Of a DNA stretch of 64,000 bases, positions 33,226 through 42,376 are shown piece after piece. The DNA comes from an uncultured Chloroflexia bacterium. Lineage in GTDB: Bacteria; Chloroflexota; Limnocylindria; Limnocylindrales; CSP1-4. Made by a program: the position numbers and the translations under genes. Each line of letters starts with the position of its first letter. Within the stretch, counting starts at the first letter, position 1. The stretch covers positions 759,152-823,151 of the forward strand of contig CAVPPB010000003.1 of NCBI GenBank assembly GCA_963707215.1, read 5' to 3'. The notes beneath the pieces were generated by a model. It was not told the origin of the DNA and made no database searches. It saw nothing but the letters and a program-made list of their open reading frames with translations.

Positions 33226-34884
33226 ATGTCCACCATCCGACGGCTATACCTCTATGGCGTCTCGGCCATCGCCCTTGCGCTGCTGGCCGTCGGCGCCGCG
33301 AGCCTCCTTGAGCTCGCTTTCGAGCGGATCGGGCGAGCGATCGCGGGCTCCAGCATCATCGACATCGGGCTGGACCGCGAGCTGCTTGCCCTCTCCGTCG
33401 CGCTCCTGCTCGTCGGCCTGCCGCTCTGGCTCGTCCACTGGTGGCTCGCCGAGCGGTCCGTCCGCCGTGACACCGCCGAGGCCGACGCGGAGCGTCGCTC
33501 GGTCGTCCGGGCGGTCTACCTGGCCGGGGTCTGCGCGGTCGGCCTCGGCTACCTGGCGACGGGGGGCACGGCGCTCGTCGAGACGTTGATCCGCGCCCCG
33601 GCCTCCTGGCCGGCCGACCTCGCCGGGCCGCTGGCCCGCACCCTGGTCGCGCTCGCCGTCCTGGCGTTCCACGTCCGGGCCCGGATCAAGGACACGGCGA
33701 CCGGCCCGCTCGGCGGGGCAGCGGCATGGCTCGGCCGCCTCTACCTCTACGGCGGCGTGGTCGGCGGAGCGTTCGTCGGCCTCTGGGGGGTCTCCCGGAC
33801 CATCGAGATCGTCGGCAACGAGGTCCTGGGCACCGCCGCCCTGGGTTCCGGCAACGCCCTCCGGTTCGAGATGGCCAACGCGGTCGCGCTGGTGGTCGTC
33901 GGCGGGCTCATCTGCCTCGCCCACGCCTGGTATGCCCGGCGGCTGCCGGCATTCGCGGGCTGGCGCGGCGAGGCCGAGCGGACCTCGCTCGTCCGGGCGG
34001 CGCACGGCGTCATCGCGGTCGGCATCGCGACCGTGATCTCGATCTTCGCCGCGGCCTCGACCCTCGGCTGGCTCTTCGCCCAGGCCCTGGGGGTGGGCGG
34101 ATCGGCCGACACGGCACGCGCGATCCAGCAGACCGCCGGTCCGCTCGCCGCGATGTTGCCGTTCCTCGTCGGCGGCGTCCTCTTCGGGCTCGTCACGGTC
34201 CGTGAAGCGGGCGTCTTCCGCGGCCCGGAGGCGGCTGTCGCCGCCCGCAGGTCGCTGCGGCTGAGTATCGCCGGCATCGGGCTGGCGATCGGATCGGTCG
34301 GCCTGGCCCGGGCGCTCGGTATCACCGTCGAGGCCGCCCTCGGGCCGGCGGTGATCGGTGGGGTCGCCTACCAGGACGAGATCGCCTGGATGCTGCCCTA
34401 CGCCATCACGGGGCTGTTCACCTGGCTCGTCGCCTGGGCGCTGGTCCTGCGCGACGGCGCCGCGGACCGACTCGTCGAGGCGCGCTCGCTCGTCCGCCGC
34501 GTCTACCTGTACCTCGTCGCAGGGAGCTCGGTGACCGCGGCCGGCCTCGCGCTGGCCTTCCTGATCTACCAGGGCCTGCGGGTCGCCCTCGACATCGGCT
34601 TCGTCGAGGCCTGGGAGCTGAGCCAACCGTTCGTCGTCGTCGGCGTCGGCGGCACGGTGCTCCTCTACCACCTCTGGGTCCTGCGCGGCGACCTGGCGAC
34701 ACGAACGGCGGCCGAGCCTGCCGAGGTCCCAGCGTCCGCAGGCGTCACGGCGGTCGTCGAGGAGCTGGTCCTGGAAGGGCCGGCCGGCAGCGACGTCGAG
34801 CCGGTCAACCAGGTCCTCCGCCAGCACCTGCCGAGCGGCTGGAGCCTGCGGGTGGTCCATCACGGGGCAGGCGCGGGGCACTAG
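33226..34884 (+). CDS. Polytopic membrane protein with internal R-x-Y-L-Y-G repeats
   Basis: 552 aa, at least 12 TMs. Repeated helix starts are RRLYLYGVSA, RAVYLAGVCA, GRLYLYGGVV and RRVYLYLVAG. Family not recognised. Confidence 0.45.
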   Translation: MSTIRRLYLYGVSAIALALLAVGAASLLELAFERIGRAIAGSSIIDIGLDRELLALSVALLLVGLPLWLVHWWLAERSVRRDTAEADAERRSVVRAVYLAGVCAVGLGYLATGGTALVETLIRAPASWPADLAGPLARTLVALAVLAFHVRARIKDTATGPLGGAAAWLGRLYLYGGVVGGAFVGLWGVSRTIEIVGNEVLGTAALGSGNALRFEMANAVALVVVGGLICLAHAWYARRLPAFAGWRGEAERTSLVRAAHGVIAVGIATVISIFAAASTLGWLFAQALGVGGSADTARAIQQTAGPLAAMLPFLVGGVLFGLVTVREAGVFRGPEAAVAARRSLRLSIAGIGLAIGSVGLARALGITVEAALGPAVIGGVAYQDEIAWMLPYAITGLFTWLVAWALVLRDGAADRLVEARSLVRRVYLYLVAGSSVTAAGLALAFLIYQGLRVALDIGFVEAWELSQPFVVVGVGGTVLLYHLWVLRGDLATRTAAEPAEVPASAGVTAVVEELVLEGPAGSDVEPVNQVLRQHLPSGWSLRVVHHGAGAGH

Positions 34885-34996
34885 GCGAGGAGCGCGGCGG
34901 CGGCTCCGCCAGGTGGCTTGGCAGCACGCCCCACATCCGGCACGATGCCCGGGCCGGCGGTCGTCGGCCGCGTCCTGCACCACGGAGAGCACCCAG

Positions 34997-35314
34997 ATGG
35001 CCAAGTACCTGCTCGCGTACCACGGCGGCAGCAACCCCGAGTCGGAGGAGGAAGGAGCCCGGGTCATGGCGGCCTGGACCTCCTGGTTCGAGCGGCTTGG
35101 CGCCGCGGTCATCGACGGGGGCGATCCCGTCGGCGCGACGATGACCCTCGCTGCGGACGGCACGACCCGCGAGGGCGCCACCGACCCGGTCACCGGCTAC
35201 AGCCTCGTCGAGGCACCGGACATGGCGGCGGCGATCGAGCTGGCCAGGGGCTGCCCGATCCTGGAGGACCCCTCGGGCTCCATCGAGATCTGCGAGACGT
35301 TCCAGGTCATGTAG
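34997..35314 (+). CDS. YCII-related (DGPF/YciI-like) small protein
   Basis: MAKYLLAYHGGSNPESEEEGARVMAAWTSWFERLGAAVIDGGDPVG matches the YCII-like pattern. RBS GGAGAG upstream. Confidence 0.45.
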   Translation: MAKYLLAYHGGSNPESEEEGARVMAAWTSWFERLGAAVIDGGDPVGATMTLAADGTTREGATDPVTGYSLVEAPDMAAAIELARGCPILEDPSGSIEICETFQVM

Positions 35315-35381
35315 CGGGCGGCGCGCGCACGCGCCCGAGCCCGCGTCCTTCGACCCTTGCCGCCCATCGGCCCTTGCCGCC

Positions 35382-35400
35382 GCGTTGCCCGTCCACGCAC
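35382..35400. repeat. Second copy of the 19-nt motif CGCGTTGCCCGTCCACGCA (first copy at 16903-16921)
   Basis: Exact 19/19 identity with the left arm of the 16907-16945 palindrome. Ends 10 nt upstream of the ATG at 35410. Confidence 0.35.
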
Positions 35401-35409
35401 CATCGGCGC

Positions 35410-36450
35410 ATGGCCGACTGGCGCGCGCGGCTGAACGCCGATCCCCTGCCCTGGCTGCTCGACGAGGCAGACCCGGCGGTCCGCCATCGGGCGCTCCGGG
35501 AGCTGCTCGACCGGCCGGTCGACGACCCGGAGGTGGTCGCCACCCGAGAGTCCTCCATGACGACCGACCCGATCGCCGCGATCCTGGCCGCCCAGGACCC
35601 CGAGGGCTGGTGGATCAAGCCGGGTGGCGGCTACTCCCCCAAGTACAGCGGCACCGTCTGGTCGCTCGTCTTCCTCGACCAGCTCGGGGCCGACGGCGCC
35701 GACCCCCGCATCCGGCGCGGCTGCACGTACCTGCTGGAGCACACGAGCGCGCCCGGCGGCGGCTTCGGCTGGTCCGGCGGGGTCAAGCGGCCGGCCGACT
35801 CGACCGTCGCCCACTGCCTCAACGGGAACCTGCTGCGGGCGCTGCTCGCCTTCGGCTGGCTGGACGACGAGCGGGTCCAGCGCTCCCTTGCCTGGCAGGC
35901 GGCGTCGATCACCGGCGAGGGCGAGATCCGCTGGTACCGCTCGGCCACCTCGGGGCCCGGTTTCGAGTGCGCCGTCAACGAGCATCTGCCCTGCGGCTGG
36001 GGCGCGGCCAAGGCTGTCCTCGCGCTCGCTCGCGTGCCCACGGAGGCGCGGACGCCGAAGATCGAGCGCGCGCTGGACGCCGGCGTCGAGTTCCTGCTCT
36101 CGGTGGACCCCGCGACCGCCATGTACCCGATGGGCTGGGGCAACATCAAGCCGAACGCGAGCTGGTGGAAGCTCGGCTTCCCCAGCGGCTACGTCGCCGA
36201 CGTGCTCCAGGTCATGGAGGCGGTGGCCGAGGCGGGCGCGGCCGGCGACCCGCGCCTGGCGCCCGCGATCGAGTGGCTGCTGGGCCGACAGGACGCCGAG
36301 GGCCGCTGGAAGAACCGCTACGACTACCGCGGCAAGATGAACATCGACATCGACACCGGCGGACAACCGAGCCGCTGGGTCACGCTCCGCGCCTGCCGGG
36401 TCCTGAAGATGGCGGCGGAGGCGGTCGACACCACGGAACGCGGTCCATGA
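35410..36450 (+). CDS. Prenyltransferase / squalene-hopene-cyclase-like alpha/alpha-toroid repeat protein
   Basis: 346 aa. Repeated aromatic-rich ~45-aa units (PEGWWIK, GGGFGWSGG, QDAEGRWKN) match the prenyltransferase/squalene oxidase repeat. No catalytic DxDD or DDxxD is evident. Ends in an ATGA overlap with the next gene. Confidence 0.55.
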   Translation: MADWRARLNADPLPWLLDEADPAVRHRALRELLDRPVDDPEVVATRESSMTTDPIAAILAAQDPEGWWIKPGGGYSPKYSGTVWSLVFLDQLGADGADPRIRRGCTYLLEHTSAPGGGFGWSGGVKRPADSTVAHCLNGNLLRALLAFGWLDDERVQRSLAWQAASITGEGEIRWYRSATSGPGFECAVNEHLPCGWGAAKAVLALARVPTEARTPKIERALDAGVEFLLSVDPATAMYPMGWGNIKPNASWWKLGFPSGYVADVLQVMEAVAEAGAAGDPRLAPAIEWLLGRQDAEGRWKNRYDYRGKMNIDIDTGGQPSRWVTLRACRVLKMAAEAVDTTERGP

Positions 36451-37439
36451 TCGTCGAGCCCGTCGGGCCCCCCGCCAGGGGCCGGCTTCGCCGCCTGGCC
36501 AACGCGACGGCCTTGGCCGTGCCGATCCTGATCCTGGGCGCCGTCCTGGCTGTCGGGCTGCTTGGACGAGTCGGTCAGGAGCCCGCGACCCTGCCGACCC
36601 CGGACGACCCGTCGGGTTCCCCAGGGATGTCGGACCCCGTTGCGCGAGCGGCGGAGCGGGCGTCGTTCCCGGCCGCCATCGACGGCCTGCCCGTCCGCAA
36701 CGTGGGGGCCACCGTCAGACGCCAGGACGGTGGGCTTGGCTCGGGGATCCGGGCGGTCCGGGGCTACCTCAGCCTCGGTGAGATCCCGCTCGCCTGCGCG
36801 GACGAGATCCTCGGCCCGGCCGGGGCTCTCTGCTGGCGCCACGGCCTCCTGCTCGACGAGCTCGAGTCCCCGTGGGCCGCCGGCGCGGCCCCGCGGATGG
36901 CGGACGCCCCGGTCCTTCGCCCGCAGTTCCCGCCGGCGGTCCGCCTGCCGGCCGACGTGGCCGGGACCATCGCCGAGGCGGATGGGCGGCCGCTCCCGGT
37001 CGTCCTGCTCGGCCGGTTCGAGGAGCCCGTGTCCGGCGTCTGCCTGGGGGCCGGGTGCCCGGCCGCGTTCATCGTGCGGGGCGTCGCCTGGTATGACGGT
37101 CACGTCTGGCGGCGACCCACCGTCCTCCAGCCCACGCTCGACTTCGACATCGTCGACGACCCCTGGCCAGAGCGCCGCGCGGTTGCCCGCGACGCCCTGG
37201 GCGAGGTCGAGCGCGTCCTCGTCATCGCCCTGGTCAGCCCCTTGCGGCTCGCCACGATCGATCGGGTCGCCGCGCTCGCGTTGCCCAGGCCTGCCCCTGA
37301 GCGCGTCTGGTACGTCCTCGGCCTCGAGGTGACGCCGACAGCCGATCCGACCGAGCCGATCGGGACGACACGCTGGGTGGTCGTGGACGACGCCACTGGC
37401 GAGGTCCTCGCCTCGGGAGGTGACCCGGCCGGGGGGTAG
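36446..37439 (+). CDS. Hypothetical membrane-anchored extracytoplasmic protein, translationally coupled to the cyclase-like gene
   Basis: 331 aa; N-terminal TM (ALAVPILILGAVLAVGLL), several Cys (CADEILGPAGALC, GVCLGAGC), GC3-rich codons. The start ATG overlaps the upstream TGA. Confidence 0.45.
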
Positions 37440-38625
37440 TAGCGGGAGGCCGGGTGGAGGTCGGGCTAGTCGAGCAGCGACGGCGGTCCTTTGAAGATCT
37501 GGTTGTGATGGAACCGCAGCTGGGCGGCGCTTGCCTGCAGGTCCGTCTGGGCTGGCTCGAACGCCATCAGCCCGTCCGCGAGCGGTAGCCGAAACGATCC
37601 GTCTGGTGCCTCGATCATGGTTGGCTCGAGACGAGGAGACCTCACCACGACGGAGCCGGTTGCGTTCCCGCTTGAGCGTGAATAGCCCTTGTCGAACATC
37701 CGGTGAAGAGTCGGGTAAGCGACAGTCCGTTGGGCACGACATCCGGTCCGTGGTAGGCAACGGGGCGGATATGGGCGAGCTTCGATCAGGCGGGTCGCAC
37801 GACCCCGGGGTGGGGAAGCGACTCCCGAGATCCCGAAGCCACTGATGGCACAGCGATACTCATAGGCCGAATGACGGAGCGGCGAAAGCTGGCATCCCGC
37901 TCGGCGGCAGTGCACCAATCGCCTTGACCGTTCGCGCAAGAGGCAGTTGCAGAGGCCGCTGTGGGCCCCAGACGGCGGGATTTCCCCGGACATCGGGAGC
38001 TGGCCCGCATAACCCAGACTCAGAATGTCAGCTGCGCCTCGGGCTCCGACAGCGGGCGCACCGAGGCCCCTGAAGTTCGGATGGCTTCGGTCGCGTGGCG
38101 CCATAACGTTCCTCGGAGCCATGCCTCGATCGGCTCACCGGCAACGTCGCGTGGCACCGGGCTTGGTCCTCGAACTCACGTCAGGTCGAGCCGCTCAAGC
38201 ACGCACAGGCCGTGAACGGCAGACCGGTGCCTCGCTTCGAGAAATGGAGGACGGCGGGACGAGGCCACGTCGGTTGTCGATCAACGGTCCTCAGGCGAGC
38301 TTCAGCGCTTGGTTCCCAGCGAGCTCGTAACAGGCGCGGTGTCGAACCGCACACCGACGTAGGCCATGCGCCCGTGAGAAGATCGCGGGTCATCCTTGGT
38401 CGCGCGGTTCGGGGATGATCGTGTCGGCGAGCATCGCCTCGCCAGACGTCAGAGGCGCGAACCACTTCCGGTATCGCGCCATGTCCGGATGGCTGCGTAG
38501 GATTCACCCGGCGAAACTGGTTCGGTGTATGCACTGACGGACTTCGAGGTCAGCACGAGACACTTCATGTGCCCAGGCTTAGCCGTCACTGAGCGGCAGA
38601 GCTAGGCCCCCTCACCATCCGACCC
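37440..38625. other. Low-GC (~57% versus ~72% background) non-coding island, ~1.15 kb
   Basis: Only short overlapping ORFs on both strands, all with non-protein-like composition (Cys/Arg/Ser-rich) and no third-position GC skew. Local hairpins are present (e.g. GCGGTGTCGAACCGCAC at 38336-38352). By eye I found no match to RNase P, tmRNA, SRP or group II domain V signatures. Confidence 0.5.
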
Positions 38626-38901
38626 TTGACGATCGAGGCCCGATCCGATCAGGCTGCGATCGTGCGATACGAGCTCGAGATCCGGTTGGCGGTCAACGAC
38701 GCGATGGCGCCGACGCCTGAGCGCGCCACGACGTCGATGCGCTTCAATCTCGGCCGCGGCGCTCGGCCTATCCCCACCGATCTCGCCCGCATCGAGAACG
38801 ACGTCCACAACGCGATCCTCGACCTGCTGAGCAAGCGCCGGACCTTCGAGCTGCCGCAGGTCGATGGATGCGGCGTCATGGACTCGGACGCCAATCGCTA
38901 G
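38626..38901 (+). CDS. Small hypothetical protein
   Basis: 91 aa from a TTG at 38626 (alternative GTG at 38662), with strongly GC3-biased codons (IVRYELEIRLAVNDAMAPTPERATT...NDVHNAILDLLSKRRTFELPQVDG). Ends 18 bp from the convergent ligD stop. No RBS seen. Confidence 0.35.
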   Translation: MTIEARSDQAAIVRYELEIRLAVNDAMAPTPERATTSMRFNLGRGARPIPTDLARIENDVHNAILDLLSKRRTFELPQVDGCGVMDSDANR

Positions 38902-38918
38902 CGGCGCCCTGCCCCGCC

Positions 38919-41759
38919 CTAGCCCAGCTTCGGCAGGACCTGCAGGTCCGTCTGCGCTCCGGCGAACAGGTCGCCCAGCTCGGCGACCCGGGCCGGCAGC
39001 GTCCGGATCGTCCAGGCGTCGGGTCGCAGCGTAGCGTCGTCCAGCTCGTCCCAGGCGATCGGGGCCGAGACGGGCGCCCCGGGCCGAGGCCGCACGGCGT
39101 ACGGCGCGGCGAGCGTCTTGATCGGCACGTTCTGGGTGAAGTCGAGGCGAGCCCGACCCTCGCGCCGATCCTTGGCCCACTCCCAGCTGACCAGGTCCGG
39201 CACGATCGCCGCCGACGGCCCGCGAGAGCCCCTCGACCCAGGCGCTCGTTTCCTCGAACGTGTAGCGGGGCTCGATCGGCACCCAGATGTGGACGCCCCG
39301 CCCGCCGGTGAGCTTGGGGTAGCCGCGCACACCCAGATGCTCCAGGGCGGTCCGGAAGAGCCGCGCCAGGACCAGCGTTTCCTCCCAGGTCGTCCGTTCG
39401 CCGGGGTCGATGTCGATGAGCGCAAAGGTCGGCGTGAACGGCGCCTCGAGGCGACCGGTCCAGGCGTGGATCTCGAAGGCTGCCTGGTTGCCGAGCCAGC
39501 ACAGCGTCGCCGTCCGATCCGCCACCAGGTGCTCGTTGGCGTCGCGCCGCTCGACCCCGACCTCGCGCCACCGCCGCAGCCACGTGGGATCCGTCGGGCG
39601 GAGGGCCTTCTGCCAGAAGCCGGGCTTCTGGGCGCCGTCGGGGAAGCGCTGGAGGTTGAGTGGCCGGTCGGCCAGGTGCGGCAGCATCGCCGGACCGATC
39701 CTGGCGAAGTAGCCGATGAGCTCGCGCTTGGTGATGGGGGGCTCGGGTCGGGCGCCCTCCTTGGAGCCCTGCACCCCCGGGCGCCCCGGGAACAGCACCT
39801 TGTCGAGGTTCGTCAGCTTCAGCTCCTGGCCCCCGACGACCCAGCGCCCTTCCCGCCCCAGCGCGTCGAGGGCAGCCAGCTCGTCCGACGTGGCAGCCGC
39901 CCACTCCGCGTGCTCGGCAGCCATAGGTCGGGCGGTGGGGCGCGACCGCGATGGTGACTCGGTCGGGGCCGGACCAGCCGCAGCCTCGGCATCGGCCGAC
40001 GCGACCGCCGATGACACCGCCGACTCGCGAACCACGTTCGCCGGCTCCCGCCCCTCCTCCAGCCCCTTGAAGGCCGCCTGGCGGACGAGACCGTCCCGCG
40101 ACCAACCTCCGAGCTCGGCACGGATGACGACCCTGGGCTCGACCCAGGTCACGCCGCGCAGGTCCGCCCGGCGGCCGGGGTCGGGGTCGAACGGGCACCG
40201 ATCGGTCGCCAGCTCGTCGAGGCGCTCGCGAAGGCGTCGCCGGGATCGCTCGTCGAAGCCCGAGCCGACCTTGCCGGCGAAGCGCAGCCGCCCCTCCTCC
40301 ATGACCCCGACGACGACCGCCCCGAGCCCCCTGGCGCTCCCCTCCCCCGGCGTCCAGCCGGCCACGACGAGCTCCTGGGCCGGTCGGAGCTTGAGCTTGA
40401 GCCAGGCGTTCGAGCGCCGCCCCGGCTCGTAGCGGCTTCGGCGTAGCTTGGCCACGATCCCCTCGAGGCCCTGGCCGGCGGCCGCCCGGTGGAAGGCGAC
40501 GCCGTCACCGACGACGTGGCCACTGAAGCGGACCCGTCGGCCGTCGGTCAGCACCGAGCGGAGCAGGCGCTTGCGATCCTCCAGCGGGACCCGGAGCAGC
40601 GAGCGGCCGTTGTGGCGGAGCAGGTCGAAGGCCTGGTAGACGAGCGGTGCCCGGCCCGCCTCCTCGTCGGCCTCGGCGGTCTCCGCGTCGCCTCCCTCCG
40701 GTGAGCGCTGGGGGCGCCCGCCGCCGTCCGACCCCCGACCCCACTGGCCCGGCACCCGCCCGCCGGTCGCCTGGGAGATGCGGGCCTGGAGCAGCGAGAA
40801 GTCCGGTCGGCCTTCGGCATCGAGCGCGACCACCTCGCCGTCGAGGATCGCGTCGTCGGCGGCCAGCCAGGTCCGCGGCGGCGGCAGGAGGTCCGGGAAG
40901 TAGGTGGCGGCGTCATGACCGTTCCGCGTGTAGAGGCGGACCTTGCCCTCGTCGACGACCGCCTGGACCCGGTAGCCGTCCCACTTGATCTCGAACAGCC
41001 AGTCCTCGTCGTCGAAGGGCCGGTCCGACAGCGTCGCCAGCATCGGCTCCACGAAGCGCGGCGGCCCGCCGGCGGGCTCGGCGGCCGTCAGATCGATCCC
41101 GGCCACCGGCGCCGGGGCATCGCTGATCCAGTAGGCGTCGCGATCGGCCTTGACCTCGTCGTTGGTCCTGCCCGTCTTGACGCTCCGGGGGTGGTCCTCG
41201 GTGTCCCACCCGGCGACCGCGTGCTCGTCGCGCTTCTTGATGAGGAGCCACTGCTCGCCCTCGTCGCCCTCGAAGGCCCGGGTCGGGGGGAATCCTTTGC
41301 CCCCCGGGCCCGGTCGGCCTTGCGCGGTCGGCCGCTGGTCCGGACGATCGTGAAGCGGCCGGCGATCTTCTCGCCGGCCAGCCGGAACTTCAGCTCGCCG
41401 TCGCGGATGGCGGCGGCCGGGTCGGGCGTCTCGGCCTCCGGCTCCCAAGTCCCCCAGTCCCAGACGATGACGTCGCCGGCGCCGTACTGACGGGCCGGGA
41501 TGACGCCCTCGAAGTCGAGGTACTCGATGGGGTGGTCCTCGACGTGGATGGCCATCCGCCGCTCCGACGGATCCAGGGTGGGCCCCCGCGGCACGGCCCA
41601 GCTGACCAGGACGCCGTCGATCTCCAGCCGGACGTCGTAGTGGAGCCGGGTTGCCCGGTGGCGCTGCACCACGAAGCGGCCCTCGCCGGTCCCGGGGGCA
41701 CCGGCAGGCTCGGGCGTCTTCGCGAAGTCGCGCTTGCGGGCGTACTCCTCGAGGGGCAT
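38919..41759 (-). pseudogene. ligD: Multidomain NHEJ ligase LigD (PE-Lig-Pol), interrupted by two frameshifts
   Basis: The PE domain N-terminus is in ORF 41088..41759 (MPLEEYARKRDFAKTPEP...FVVQRHRATRLHYDVRLE). It continues in the main ORF after a frame change near 41300-41330, inside a G6/C6 run (CCGGGGGGCAAAGGATTCCCCCC). The ligase (EIKWDGYR) and polymerase domains then run to ...EETSAWVEGLSRAV. A second frame change at about 39205-39215 (GTCGGCGGCGATC) is needed to reach the genuine C-terminus (AIVPDLVSWEWAKDRR...VRPRPGAPVSAPIAWDEL...PKLG*, in ORF 38919..39425). Confidence 0.7.
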
Positions 41760-41944
41760 GCGGGGCAGTGTGCCGGGCTGTGCCTCGCGGCGCCAGCGGG
41801 CCAGCGGGCCGGCGACTGCAAGGCCGCCCAGGGGCGCCGAGGGAGGTGCGAGGAGCGGGGACCTCGAGCGTGAGTCGACTCAGGGCATAGTCGCATCGCC
41901 CACTGGCGGGCCCAGGCCACGCTCGGGCTGTGCTCAGGCCTTGC

Positions 41945-42337
41945 TCAGGCGGCTGACTCCCACGCCCGCCGGAGCCAACCGCGGACCTCGTCGTCGATCG
42001 TCGCGAGGTCGGGCAGCTCCAGATGGTGCATCCAGCGGCCGCGCGCGGGCTCCACGATCTCCTTGAAGCGTCTCGACTCGATCCGTTCGCGGAGGCCGAT
42101 CGAGAGGACGACCTCGACGTCCGGCATGTCGAGCCAGCGGCCAGGCAGCCAGAGCCAGGCGAACCCGACCCGCCGCTGGAAGACCACCTGACTGCGGGTC
42201 ACGCCGACCTCGACCGACTCGCAACAGTCGAGGGCGTCGACGACCGCCCGGTACGCGGGAATGCCCAGACCGGACTCGCCGAAGAAGGCCGAGACTCCTG
42301 GCGGCACCACGCGATCCCCGGAACCCATCCGCCTCAT
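41945..42337 (-). CDS. DUF5655-like small protein
   Basis: 130 aa from the ATG at 42337 (MRRMGSGDRVV...VTRSQVVFQRRVGFAWLWLP...WMHHLELPDLATIDDEVRGWLRRAWESA). This pattern matches DUF5655 as I recall it. The upstream part of the track ORF is junk. Confidence 0.45.
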   Translation of the reverse strand: MRRMGSGDRVVPPGVSAFFGESGLGIPAYRAVVDALDCCESVEVGVTRSQVVFQRRVGFAWLWLPGRWLDMPDVEVVLSIGLRERIESRRFKEIVEPARGRWMHHLELPDLATIDDEVRGWLRRAWESAA

Positions 42338-42376
42338 CGTCTCGCGCCCGTCCAGCTCGTCGGCCAGAATGCCGCG

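Noticed and set aside
38330-38360. tRNA/tmRNA-like T-arm (GUGCGG-UUCGACA-CCGCGC) on the minus strand inside the low-GC island
   Set aside because: No matching acceptor stem, D-arm or CCA context. No tmRNA tag reading frame (ADSHQRDYALAA-like) or 5' GGGG...3' pairing nearby. Most likely a chance hairpin.
37440-38625. RNase P RNA, SRP RNA, group II intron domain V in the low-GC island
   Set aside because: The conserved cores (GGAAAGUCCGG / ACAGAACCCGGCUUA, the SRP GGAA tetraloop helix, the CCGUAU...ACGUACGG domain V) are absent on both strands.
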